Under the pieces are notes generated by a model, which did no database searches, was not told the origin of the DNA, and worked only from the letters and a program-made list of their open reading frames with translations. From positions 29,444-93,443 of IMG/VR virus record IMGVR_UViG_2687453538_000001: a stretch of 64,000 bases of DNA; one strand, 5' to 3'. The stretch is from a virus. Taxonomy: Duplodnaviria; Caudoviricetes. The first letter of the stretch is position 1, and each line of letters begins with the position of its first letter. A program made the translations under genes and the position numbers. This document shows positions 17,733 through 26,518 of this stretch, in pieces.

Positions 17733-18584
17733 ATGGCGAAGTCGTTCAAGCAAATGATCAAGGATGGCGAGGTGCGACGCGCCGACGCCATGAAGGTACA
17801 GCTGGAGGATCTTCACGAAGAACCCGGCTTCAACCTTCGCACCGAGGGTGAAGCGCTCGAGTCGAGCATCGACTCCCTTGCAGAGTTCATCGCCGCAGGT
17901 GGCCAAATTCCACCGCTGGAGGTTCGCCCTCGCGCAGAGGGCGGCGTCTGGCTTGTAGATGGTCACCGCCGCCGTCGAGCGCTGCTGAAGCTGGACGCAG
18001 CAGGCCGTCTACCAAGAACGCCGAACAAGGAAAACCCGGCGATTCTCGAAGCTTGGGTGCCGGTAATCGCATTTGAAGGAAGCGATGCAGATCGGGTCGC
18101 ACGCATCATCACCAGCCAGGAGAACGAAAAGCTCTCCCCTCTTGAGCTGGCCGAGGGTTACAAGCGACTGAGGTCATTTGGCTGGTCAGTCGAGCAGATC
18201 GCGAAGAAGGTTGCTAAGACCAGGCAGCATGTCGAGCAGGTACTCACTGTCGGCAACGCTAACACCGACGTGCAGAACCTTGTCGCCGCTGGGCATGTAT
18301 CGGCAACCACTGCAGCTCAGGTGGTACGGGAACACGGCGACGGTGCAGGAACAGTACTGGACGCGGAGTTGAAGAAAGTCCAGGCCAGCGGCAAGACGAA
18401 GGTCACCGCAGGCTCAATCAAAGGCCCCTCGATTCCAAAACCCCGCCTCGAAGCTGTTCACACAGCATCGCGCAATTTGATTGCATCGCTTGATGCAATC
18501 GACGAAGACAACAGAAGCCTCACCATTTCCACCGCACTCGTCATCGAGCTGCGCAAGGCATTGGAAAGCGCGCAACCGAGATAA
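17733..18584 (+). CDS. ParB-like N-terminal domain + HTH protein
   Basis: GFNLR, VDGHRRR, LSPLELAEGY. Confidence 0.78.
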   Translation: MAKSFKQMIKDGEVRRADAMKVQLEDLHEEPGFNLRTEGEALESSIDSLAEFIAAGGQIPPLEVRPRAEGGVWLVDGHRRRRALLKLDAAGRLPRTPNKENPAILEAWVPVIAFEGSDADRVARIITSQENEKLSPLELAEGYKRLRSFGWSVEQIAKKVAKTRQHVEQVLTVGNANTDVQNLVAAGHVSATTAAQVVREHGDGAGTVLDAELKKVQASGKTKVTAGSIKGPSIPKPRLEAVHTASRNLIASLDAIDEDNRSLTISTALVIELRKALESAQPR

Positions 18585-18587
18585 CCC

Positions 18588-18971
18588 ATGGATACGATCA
18601 CAAGCGGCTCTTGGATGGGCCACCTTGGGCGCGGTCTTGCGCCTCGCGAGCTGGAATGCGTTCTCGATGTCGCCCAAGGCATGACGTCGAAGCAAATCGC
18701 CCGACACTTCGGCATCAGCGAGGGCGGTGTCGAGAAGCGCATCGCCGCTGCAATGTTCAAGCTCGACGTACCCCGCCGGGCTGCCCTGGTTGCCGAGGCC
18801 ATGCGCCGAAACATTATCAGCCCGATGTGCTTCCTCCTCGTCGCTCTGGTCGCCACTCACGCCGCAATCGGCGACAGCGACCCAATGCGCCGCGATCGCC
18901 GAGTACCCGAACGCCGGATCGCCCAGGTCCGTGTCCTCCGCAAAGCCGAGTCATTCGACTACCACGCCTGA
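18588..18971 (+). CDS. LuxR-type HTH protein
   Basis: LAPRELECVLDVAQGMTSKQIARHFGIS. Confidence 0.8.
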   Translation: MDTITSGSWMGHLGRGLAPRELECVLDVAQGMTSKQIARHFGISEGGVEKRIAAAMFKLDVPRRAALVAEAMRRNIISPMCFLLVALVATHAAIGDSDPMRRDRRVPERRIAQVRVLRKAESFDYHA

Positions 18972-18991
18972 TTCCCCACGAGGAACATCCC

Positions 18992-19258
18992 ATGCACCAC
19001 TCCATGCAACAGCGCGTGGACGGCCTGGCCGCCCTGCGTGCACGCTCTCTCATGGCTACTGCCGAGTTCTACGGGTTGATTGGCCTGCCAGCTCCTACCG
19101 CTCGCCCTCTGTACCAGGCGGTCGCCAAGGGCAAGGCCTGGCACATCATTGAGGTCGCCACCGGCAAGACCAAAGGCTTCTGCTTCAGTCACCAGGCGGC
19201 CATGCGATTTGTTGATGCGATGGAGGCCGGTGCCGCCACCAAAGGCGTGCGGCAATGA
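18992..19258 (+). CDS. Hypothetical phage protein
   Basis: GAGG RBS, MHHSMQQRVDGLAALR; stop overlaps next start. Confidence 0.65.
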   Translation: MHHSMQQRVDGLAALRARSLMATAEFYGLIGLPAPTARPLYQAVAKGKAWHIIEVATGKTKGFCFSHQAAMRFVDAMEAGAATKGVRQ

Positions 19259-19713
19259 GCAAGCGCAAACCCCACAACATGCGGGCGCGCCTGGAGCGAA
19301 CCTGTCGGGCACTGGTTTCCGCCAATCATACAGCCGTGGTCAACATCGACCCCAGCGGCCAGCAGGTGCTGATCAATTGGAAGAACCTCAAGCAGATCCG
19401 CGTGCGCCAGGTCGTCGACGCCGTCTGCGACATCCCTCACCGCTGGACCATCTACTTGAGCGTGCTTTGCCGGACTGAATTCGGCGAGCGTTACCACAAA
19501 TCGGTTGAGGTCGCGCCCCAAGGCAACTACCGAGCCGATCACCTCACCGAGGTGATCGAAGCCACCTACACCGAGTTGCGCGCCACCGCCAATCCAAACC
19601 ACCTGGTGGCCTCCGGCTGGATCGCCATCCCCACCGACACAACGCTCGACGAAGCAGAGGCAGCCAAGATCTTCACCTCCGCCGGAGCCTGGGATCAGCA
19701 GACAGCAGCATGA
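19255..19713 (+). CDS. Hypothetical phage protein
   Basis: 152-aa ORF coupled to the previous gene. Confidence 0.75.
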   Translation: MSKRKPHNMRARLERTCRALVSANHTAVVNIDPSGQQVLINWKNLKQIRVRQVVDAVCDIPHRWTIYLSVLCRTEFGERYHKSVEVAPQGNYRADHLTEVIEATYTELRATANPNHLVASGWIAIPTDTTLDEAEAAKIFTSAGAWDQQTAA

Positions 19714-19803
19714 AACGCATCAGCGAGGGTATCTGGCACGGATGACCCCGACTCTATGTTAATCCGTCGCACAGGCCGATTATAATAAAATTGCTCAGTG
19801 TGC

Positions 19804-20640
19804 TTACCATTTTATAAGCCCACAGTTCCTCAAGTGAGCATCGCCTACTCGCTTGGGGCAGTTTGTGAATAGCGAGTATTGCTCCATCAATTCCTTCAGT
19901 CTTTGCCCGTCGTCACTTATACCATAAAGCAACACACACTCTACTTCGGCCGGCGTAAGCAGAGACTTGATAATCAACACGTATCGCTCTTTCAATACCG
20001 CGTCATCTAAATCACACCCATCGACGTATGACAGTAACTGCTCTAAAATAGTGAAGAATTTTAGTCCATTCTCTTGAGCAGCCGCCAACATTTTGTTCGC
20101 GTGCTCCCTAAACAAAAATTCTCTCTCTCGCCTAGTTAAATTACCTTTTGACTCGTTGAAAACCCAGTCAATCCTATCAACGTTGTATTTAAAAGAAAGC
20201 CTCTGCGCCACAGCAATCCCAGTGAACACTCTCTGTTCTTCATAGAGGCTCATTGTTTCTAGCGCTTTAGAGTACAGATCAATCAAACCAAAAAATACAG
20301 ACTCAAAGCTTTGCTGCTTGAATATTTTCGTCTGTTCCTTCTGCATCGAGATAGCTGCACTTGCCTCTGAGCGAGCCTCCTTAACCTCCTCAGACTGATA
20401 TTTTAGGCTTTTCACAACAGCAATCAAAGCCATGAAGCTTAGTACAGGATTCAGCACGCCACCCACATAATCACCAAACTGCCCCCACACTTCTTTACTT
20501 GAAGAAAACCAACCAAAAAAATTTACAACGTACGCACTAATTACAACAACAACAAAAACTCCAGCACATGTAATCATCATCAAGCTAAAGTCTAACTTTA
20601 GCTTTGTAAACGCCGCTTTGAGACTTTGATGTATATCCAT
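19804..20640 (-). CDS. Putative abortive-infection membrane protein (putAbiC-like)
   Basis: Two TM segments, WGQFGDYVGGVLNP, FESVFFGLI; AT-rich and antisense to the operon. Confidence 0.7.
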   Translation of the reverse strand: MDIHQSLKAAFTKLKLDFSLMMITCAGVFVVVVISAYVVNFFGWFSSSKEVWGQFGDYVGGVLNPVLSFMALIAVVKSLKYQSEEVKEARSEASAAISMQKEQTKIFKQQSFESVFFGLIDLYSKALETMSLYEEQRVFTGIAVAQRLSFKYNVDRIDWVFNESKGNLTRREREFLFREHANKMLAAAQENGLKFFTILEQLLSYVDGCDLDDAVLKERYVLIIKSLLTPAEVECVLLYGISDDGQRLKELMEQYSLFTNCPKRVGDAHLRNCGLIKW

Positions 20641-20746
20641 CTTTTCCGCCTAACCCTTAGCTTTCCGCCTTAAACCAATCATCCTAAACCAAATTGCCAC
20701 CATGCCGCATCCGGCCACGGAGGGCGGCGCATTCATGGAGATCACC

Positions 20747-21133
20747 ATGAGTACATTCGCAGTGTTCGGCATGACCGCCGCAGCAGCGCTTGCCGATGCC
20801 CGGAAGAAAACCAAGACCACCAAGCCCAGCGGGAAAGCTGGCTGCCCCCCCTTGGACCTTACCCTGGCCGAGTGGGAAGAGGCGGTGCAGCGCAACGTCG
20901 AGGCAATCATGGTCGGCGAGAAAGTCAAGCAGCTCAGCGTCCTCTACGACACCCCGCAGCACGCGCAGCAGTTCATCGAGCTCGCCAAGCGATCGGGCGC
21001 CTACCGCGACCTGAAGATTCGCTGCAAGGCCGCCTTGCTCGACGAAAAGGGCAAAAAGATCCTCAGCCCCAAGACCAAGATGCCCGTTATCGGCTGGATG
21101 GACTGGAATGCTGAAATGCATAAGGCAGCCTGA
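20747..21133 (+). CDS. Hypothetical phage protein
   Basis: GGAG RBS, MSTFAVFGMT. Confidence 0.7.
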   Translation: MSTFAVFGMTAAAALADARKKTKTTKPSGKAGCPPLDLTLAEWEEAVQRNVEAIMVGEKVKQLSVLYDTPQHAQQFIELAKRSGAYRDLKIRCKAALLDEKGKKILSPKTKMPVIGWMDWNAEMHKAA

Positions 21134-21159
21134 TCGCTTGATTAGATTCCCAGATGGGG

Positions 21160-21867
21160 CTAGGCATCCCCCGCCTGATTGGCTTGAGCAGTATCTATTG
21201 CCACCCGCTCAACCTCAAATATCAGAGAGTTAGCAAGCTCAATGACAGCGTGCACTTCAGCAACGGTTGGCTGCACGTCATGATGCGCATAGTTATTACG
21301 GTAAACGCCGTAAAAACCACTCAGTAAATTGCGGTAAGCGGTCTTCCTTGGGCCATCCAAATTTGTGAGAACTGATCCACCGCCGAATATAGTATTAACA
21401 AGCTCATCGCCATCTATATTCTGCGCAACTAAAAATCTTTGCCTAAGATGACTAGAAAGAATTGGGAAAACTTGCCTTATCGCGGCCGCATGGTGCCCGC
21501 CATCCAGTAGAGGTATGACGCCCTCCCTCAAGCGCCCGTGCAGGCGCACGGCCTGATCTTCCAAGGCGAATAGCGAGGCGAACCCACTGGGCATATCACT
21601 GTAGATAATGTCCTTGATATCGCTGAAGCATGAATCTTTGAATCCCTGATTCAATCTCAACTCTATGAACCAGAGGTGACGACCGATATTGCCGAAAGCC
21701 CTTGGTTCAACGCCATTTAGCGTCAACAGCCTGTCCACCTCGACCTGCAGGGAAGTGTATTTTTCATAAAGCTCTGGAGGCTCCGAAAACTCCCAGCTCC
21801 GATGCATATCGAGTGCAATCTCATATGCTAATTGATATTGCCGAATCGCCGCCGTCAAAGCGCTCAT
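21160..21867 (-). CDS. TIGR02391 (Ymh)-like HEPN-type protein
   Basis: IDGDELVNTIF...GFYGVYRNNYAH (RxxxxH); lower GC, antisense; start uncertain. Confidence 0.7.
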   Translation of the reverse strand: MSALTAAIRQYQLAYEIALDMHRSWEFSEPPELYEKYTSLQVEVDRLLTLNGVEPRAFGNIGRHLWFIELRLNQGFKDSCFSDIKDIIYSDMPSGFASLFALEDQAVRLHGRLREGVIPLLDGGHHAAAIRQVFPILSSHLRQRFLVAQNIDGDELVNTIFGGGSVLTNLDGPRKTAYRNLLSGFYGVYRNNYAHHDVQPTVAEVHAVIELANSLIFEVERVAIDTAQANQAGDA

Positions 21868-21921
21868 GTCGTATCCCTGTGATTTGAATCCTGCTATCAG
21901 CATATCCGCGAAGGTATCCCC

Positions 21922-22533
21922 ATGCCCACAGAAAACCGATCCAGCAACACAGAGATGGTCAGCGTGCCGCGCGAGCATGAACTGAAAATTCGACAGACCC
22001 CGCTGGCTGACTTGCTCAGCGGCCTCAAGACCGGCGAGGTCCGGGATTGCTCGGATCGTAATTTCGCCGTGGGCGACACGGTTCTGCTCCGCGAGATCGA
22101 TGATGCCCTCGACTACACCGGCACGGTTCTACGCCGGACTATCACCCATGTCCAAAAGCACTATGGCCTGCCGGATCACTTGTGCGTGCTGAGCTACGGC
22201 CAGCCAGCCCAGCACCAGGGCGAGCCGGTGGGCGAAGTCGTGGTATTCGGCAAGGGTCTGCATGAGATTGCTTGGGCTGCTGGGCGCATGCCAAGGCTCG
22301 GTGCCAAGCTCTACACCCACCCAGCGCCAGCAGATCCTGGCGAGCCTGAGCGGCTGCGAGCTGCTTTGAAGTTCTACGCCGACCGGGACCACTTCGCTGA
22401 AGACATTGGCAACGAATGGGACAGCGTGAGCGGCGAGCCCGCGAACATCCTCTGGCACGAACATGAAGCTTGGTTTGTGGAGGATGGCTCGATTGCCAGG
22501 GCTGCGTTGTCGGAAAACTCCGAGGCGGGCTAA
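21922..22533 (+). CDS. DUF3850/ASCH-like domain mosaic protein
   Basis: HELKI...SGLKTGEVR..DRNFAVGDTVLLRE. Confidence 0.75.
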   Translation: MPTENRSSNTEMVSVPREHELKIRQTPLADLLSGLKTGEVRDCSDRNFAVGDTVLLREIDDALDYTGTVLRRTITHVQKHYGLPDHLCVLSYGQPAQHQGEPVGEVVVFGKGLHEIAWAAGRMPRLGAKLYTHPAPADPGEPERLRAALKFYADRDHFAEDIGNEWDSVSGEPANILWHEHEAWFVEDGSIARAALSENSEAG

Positions 22534-22567
22534 GGGTGAAAATCGCAGGTCCCTCTGCGATATCGGA

Positions 22568-22771
22568 TCACACTGGCAAGGAAGGCTGATCTCTTTGTCT
22601 CAAAAATTTGACCCAAGCGTCGTATGAACTCTGATACCAGCCAACAGCATCATCCCAGTCCACACCGCTCACCTCGCCTTTACCAACCAAGTGCCTAAGC
22701 CTGGAATTAGAAGCATCTAGATCAAGTAGGTGCCGATGGGACATGTAGCGAAAATCTTCATTGCTTAGCAT
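22568..22771 (-). CDS. Small hypothetical protein
   Basis: AGGA RBS; similar to 23473..23685. Confidence 0.6.
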   Translation of the reverse strand: MLSNEDFRYMSHRHLLDLDASNSRLRHLVGKGEVSGVDWDDAVGWYQSSYDAWVKFLRQRDQPSLPV

Positions 22772-23017
22772 TGGACTGGTGTCCTGAAGGGCTGGCTCGA
22801 GGATACGTGCCGATGTCCCTATGCCATGATTGTGGCACCAAATCGAGGCGCGCAGTGCGGAATTCCAACAATTCGGACGATTCGGAGGATTAGCATCGAG
22901 CACATGTTTACTACATCCCGCAGTAACTTCTCTCCCTCTATTCACTGCCGCGATATCGCAGCCAGTAGGGGCTGGCTCAGTGTCAGAGCCTGTTCCAGCC
23001 CCAGGGTGACGACAGCT

Positions 23018-23317
23018 CTACCCAGCAGACGCTTTGGATGTGACGGCAGGCAAGCCTTCCGTAGCAATCCGGCGCGCCCGCCCGACACCCCAAGCCATAG
23101 CACGGGTCATCGACTCGCCAGGACGGGAGTCAAACGCCTCCTCATGCACCGCCATGCCTTGAGGTGCATAAACGCCGATGAACATTTGTGTTTGCCCTGT
23201 GCGTGAAAGCCTCACCTGGACATCAATATGCGTTCCATCGTCGAGTGTTTCGTCATGAGTACGGTGGTGAAGCGCTGGATCTGCCCAATCCCAGAACACA
23301 TTTCCACGAACTCGCAT
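23018..23317 (-). CDS. Hypothetical protein
   Basis: AAGGAGG RBS, 99 aa. Confidence 0.7.
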   Translation of the reverse strand: MRVRGNVFWDWADPALHHRTHDETLDDGTHIDVQVRLSRTGQTQMFIGVYAPQGMAVHEEAFDSRPGESMTRAMAWGVGRARRIATEGLPAVTSKASAG

Positions 23318-23428
23318 GTGACCCTCCTTAACTTCTTAGCTTTCATCCATTAGAGGGTCAAAATAAATCGCACAAAAAAAAGCTACAAGTGACTTAGATC
23401 AGCAATCTCTTACGAATCGACAGCCGGT

Positions 23429-23467
23429 ATAAAGTTATACAAATGTATCTCTTTTGTATAACTTTAT
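23429..23467. repeat. Perfect 15-bp inverted repeat with 9-bp spacer
   Basis: ATAAAGTTATACAAA-TGTATCTCT-TTTGTATAACTTTAT. Confidence 0.9.
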
Positions 23468-23472
23468 TGGGG

Positions 23473-23685
23473 CTAAGAAGAGCGCTTCTGCACTTTCGTT
23501 TCAGCTGTAAGCGAATCAGCAAATTCGATCCAAGCGTTGAACGCAGCACGCTGCGCGTCGCATGCAGCTTGCCATTCCGGCCCTCCCAAGCGCCCGTAAG
23601 CTACCTGATTCATGGTGGTTGATGTGAGCGAATCAAGCTCCCGTAGCAATTTGTAAGCACGATATCTTTTTTCTATATCCGGCAT
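23473..23685 (-). CDS. Small hypothetical protein
   Basis: 70 aa; similar to 22568..22771. Confidence 0.6.
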   Translation of the reverse strand: MPDIEKRYRAYKLLRELDSLTSTTMNQVAYGRLGGPEWQAACDAQRAAFNAWIEFADSLTAETKVQKRSS

Positions 23686-23925
23686 GGTCTTTTATCCATT
23701 TTGCATAGCAAGGATTTGAGCCTTCCAAGACTTCTGCCCGGTGGACCTCCCCTGGTCTCACTTATTTCGTCCGATATTAACTAATCCGCCGAATGGCGGC
23801 GAGGCGAAGCTATGTCTCAAGCATTTCCATACAAACAACGAGCGCCAGCTCTCCCCCCACGAAACCCAACCCGAACCTACACCCGCTGCCGCGCCTGCGG
23901 CATGGATTTATGAGAGGTATCAGCT

Positions 23926-24213
23926 GTGAAGAAATCCACCGAATTTCTGCAGGCCGCCATCGACGTGCAGGCCGAGCGCGGGAAGCAGTACGACGCGCCT
24001 GGCGGTGAGCGCAGCATGGGTCGCACCGTCAAGGCATTCAACGCTATCACCGGCCGGGACCTCACCGAGGCCGAAGGCTGGCTGCTGCTGCAGGTGCTGA
24101 AGGATGTGCGTCAGTGGCAAAACCCTGACAAGTTCCACGAGGACAGCGCGCTGGATGGCGTGGCGTATTCCTCACTGAAAGCTGAGGCGCTGGCCGCAGG
24201 TGGTGCGAAATGA
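23926..24213 (+). CDS. DUF6378-like phage protein
   Basis: ERGKQY...LKDVR...DSALDGVAY. Confidence 0.65.
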   Translation: MKKSTEFLQAAIDVQAERGKQYDAPGGERSMGRTVKAFNAITGRDLTEAEGWLLLQVLKDVRQWQNPDKFHEDSALDGVAYSSLKAEALAAGGAK

Positions 24214-24229
24214 TCGCAAGGGGGCTGCG

Positions 24230-24430
24230 GTGAACAGCCACCAGTACCAGCCGTTCTCTGCTCGGGGCTTCGGTAGCTGGCACACCTGCAGCGTCTGCGG
24301 AACATCGAAGCACAGCGGCTACTACTGGCTTGGCGGCTACAAGAGCAAGACCGAGCCGCCCTGCATCGCCTGGAAGATCGACCCAGAGTGGAAGGCCCAG
24401 GCCATCCCCGCGCCGATCACCGAAGCATAA
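24230..24430 (+). CDS. Small hypothetical protein
   Basis: GTG start, HTCSVCG motif. Confidence 0.5.
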   Translation: MNSHQYQPFSARGFGSWHTCSVCGTSKHSGYYWLGGYKSKTEPPCIAWKIDPEWKAQAIPAPITEA

Positions 24431-24481
24431 CCCTCCCCAACAACTCAAGCCCGCCACGCGCGGGCATGGAGAGCTATTGCC

Positions 24482-25033
24482 ATGATCATCGATGACGTTA
24501 TGACCGACAAAATCACGCTTCACGGCCTGGGCTTCGTACAGGTCCAGTTGCAGGGCGACCAGCGCCTGCATGTGTGGCACCCCGAGCTGCCCCGCCGCAG
24601 CTGCTTCGAGCACTCGGCAATCCACGACCACCGCTTCAACTTCGTATCGCGGATTTTGGTCGGGAAACAGATCAACCACTGCTACGACATGCGCCGCCTG
24701 GATGACGGTGAATTCGTTCTCTATCTGCACGAAGGCGCGCGGCAGGCTGGCGGCGGTAGACCGTGGACCCCAGACGGCAGGGCCAACATGGTGCACCACT
24801 CGACCTGCACCATTGCCGCGGGCGATGTGTACACCACCAGGGCCTACGAGTACCACCGGACCGAGCCGGGCGGTGACGGCCGAGTGGCCACCATCATGCA
24901 GAAGCGCGGCGAATACCCAGCCGGCGCCCACTCCACCTGCCGCTACGGCGTGCAGCCCGACACAGACTTCGACCGCTATCAATGGCCCGCAGCGCGACTC
25001 TGGGAAGTCGTGCGCGAAGTGCTGCTGGCCTGA
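24482..25033 (+). CDS. Hypothetical protein, possible cupin fold
   Basis: GGAG RBS, IHDHRFNFVSRILVG...EYHR. Confidence 0.65.
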   Translation: MIIDDVMTDKITLHGLGFVQVQLQGDQRLHVWHPELPRRSCFEHSAIHDHRFNFVSRILVGKQINHCYDMRRLDDGEFVLYLHEGARQAGGGRPWTPDGRANMVHHSTCTIAAGDVYTTRAYEYHRTEPGGDGRVATIMQKRGEYPAGAHSTCRYGVQPDTDFDRYQWPAARLWEVVREVLLA

Positions 25034-25072
25034 TTACCGTACTGCCGCCACCGGCGGCGTGGAGACCATCCC

Positions 25073-25318
25073 ATGGAAACCGAGATCCTTTCGGACGAAG
25101 AGCTGGTGGTGATCACCGGCTACAAACCCCGGGCGTGGCAGCGCCGCTGGTTGAAAGAAAAAGGCTGGCATTTCGTCGAGAGCCGCGGAGGCCGCCCCCT
25201 CGTTGGTCGCCTGTACGCCCGCCAGAAGCTCAGCGGTCTGGTGATCGACACTGTGCCGGTCGCTGCAGCTCCGCCGCCATCGCCAGCCTGGACCCCTGAT
25301 TTTTCCCGAGTAAAGTGA
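25073..25318 (+). CDS. Excisionase-like (DUF4224) protein
   Basis: LSDEELVVITGYK...QRRWL...GRPLV; abuts int. Confidence 0.8.
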   Translation: METEILSDEELVVITGYKPRAWQRRWLKEKGWHFVESRGGRPLVGRLYARQKLSGLVIDTVPVAAAPPPSPAWTPDFSRVK

Positions 25319-25319
25319 A

Positions 25320-26369
25320 ATGCGCCCAAGGAAGACCGAGAATCGCGACCTGCCACCAGGCATGTATCGTCGCAAAAGACAAAAAGCCAATGGCAAGGTG
25401 TGGGAGGCTCTGTACTACAGGGACAAGTCGGGCAAGGACATTTTCCTTGGCAGTGACCTGGTGAAGGCCAAGCTGATGTGGGCAGAGCTCGAAGCCAAGT
25501 CGGTACCGAAAGAACTGACAACGATGAAAGGGATCTTCGACGAGTACCTGTTGAAGATCATCCCAGGCAAGGCCGCCAGGACCCAGAAAGACAACATCTA
25601 CGAGCTTAAGCAACTGCGCACTGTGTTCGATTCGGCGCCGATCGATGCAATCACGCCGGCCATGATCGCGCAATACCGCGACTCAAGGTCGGCCAAAACT
25701 AGAGCGAACAGGGAAATCGCACTGCTCTCGCACGTTTTCAACACCGCAAGGGAATGGGGGCTCACCACCCGGGACAACCCGTGCCTGGGCGTGAGGAAGA
25801 ACAAGGAGAAACCGCGCGACTTCTATGCCAACGAAGCGGTGTGGCAGGCGGTATATGAGGAGGCCCCACAGGAGCTTAAGGATGCGATGGACCTGGCGTA
25901 CCTGACCGGCCAGCGGCCATCGGACGTTCTGTCCATGCGAAAGGACGATATGGACGGGATCTACCTGCAGGTCAGCCAAGGCAAGACCGGCAAGCGACTG
26001 AGGATCGTCCTGGAGGTGGACGGAGCGAAGAACAGTCTTGGGCTGCTGCTGGAGCGGATTATGCGCAGGACCAGCGAGCACCTGTCGCCGTTCTTCATCA
26101 TCAACGAGCACGGCAAGCGCATGAGCTGGCCGATGTTGCGCAACCGGTGGGCGGACGCCCGGGAGGCCGCCAGGGTGAAAGCTGACGTCGAGAAGAAGCC
26201 AGACCTAGCAAACCGAATCGCCCAGTTCCAGTTCCGAGATATCCGACCGAAGGCGGCCTCGGAGATAAACGATCTGGGCGAGGCAAGCGTGCTGCTGGGG
26301 CACTCCAAAGAGGGAATCACGGAGCGTGTCTATCGCCGTGTTGGGGCTATCGCGAAGCCCTCGAAATAG
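25320..26369 (+). CDS. int: Prophage 1 integrase (tyrosine recombinase)
   Basis: TGQR, FRDIRPKA, LLGH...VY; adjacent to att. Confidence 0.92.
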   Translation: MRPRKTENRDLPPGMYRRKRQKANGKVWEALYYRDKSGKDIFLGSDLVKAKLMWAELEAKSVPKELTTMKGIFDEYLLKIIPGKAARTQKDNIYELKQLRTVFDSAPIDAITPAMIAQYRDSRSAKTRANREIALLSHVFNTAREWGLTTRDNPCLGVRKNKEKPRDFYANEAVWQAVYEEAPQELKDAMDLAYLTGQRPSDVLSMRKDDMDGIYLQVSQGKTGKRLRIVLEVDGAKNSLGLLLERIMRRTSEHLSPFFIINEHGKRMSWPMLRNRWADAREAARVKADVEKKPDLANRIAQFQFRDIRPKAASEINDLGEASVLLGHSKEGITERVYRRVGAIAKPSK

Positions 26370-26372
26370 GAA

Positions 26373-26406
26373 AGTTTTGGGACTGCACCCAAATAGTTTT
26401 GGGACT
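26373..26406. repeat. Direct repeat, probable Int arm-type sites
   Basis: AGTTTTGGGACT at 26373-26384 and 26395-26406. Confidence 0.65.
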
Positions 26407-26430
26407 ATCGAGATTTTCCGGCGCACAAAT

Positions 26431-26463
26431 AAAAACCCCGCAGACGTTAATCTGCGGGGTTTT
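26431..26463. terminator. Bidirectional intrinsic terminator
   Basis: AAAAACCCCGCAGA-CGTTAA-TCTGCGGGGTTTT. Confidence 0.85.
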
Positions 26464-26470
26464 CGAAGAG

Positions 26471-26518
26471 TGGAGGCCGAGGTCGGAATCGAACCGGCGT
26501 AGACGGATTTGCAATCCG
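26471..26518 (-). other. att core: 3' half of tRNA-Cys(GCA), not an intact tRNA
   Basis: Minus strand CGGATTGCAAATCCGTCTACGCCGGTTCGATTCCGACCTCGGCCTCCA has anticodon arm, T arm and CCA; no D arm or 5' acceptor strand upstream. Confidence 0.88.

Larger units (their letters stand above)
1..26470. mobile_element. Prophage 1, lambdoid siphovirus-type with HK97-like head; partial, continues left of the window
   Basis: Contiguous head, packaging, Q, replication, cro/cI, xis and int genes ending at a tRNA-derived att. Confidence 0.93.

Noticed and set aside
22940-22968. Solitary type I-F CRISPR repeat (RNA anti-CRISPR), TTCACTGCCG...GCAGC
   Set aside because: Only the first 10 nt or so match; the loop and the 3' CTAAGAAA handle differ, so it is more likely a gene-boundary hairpin
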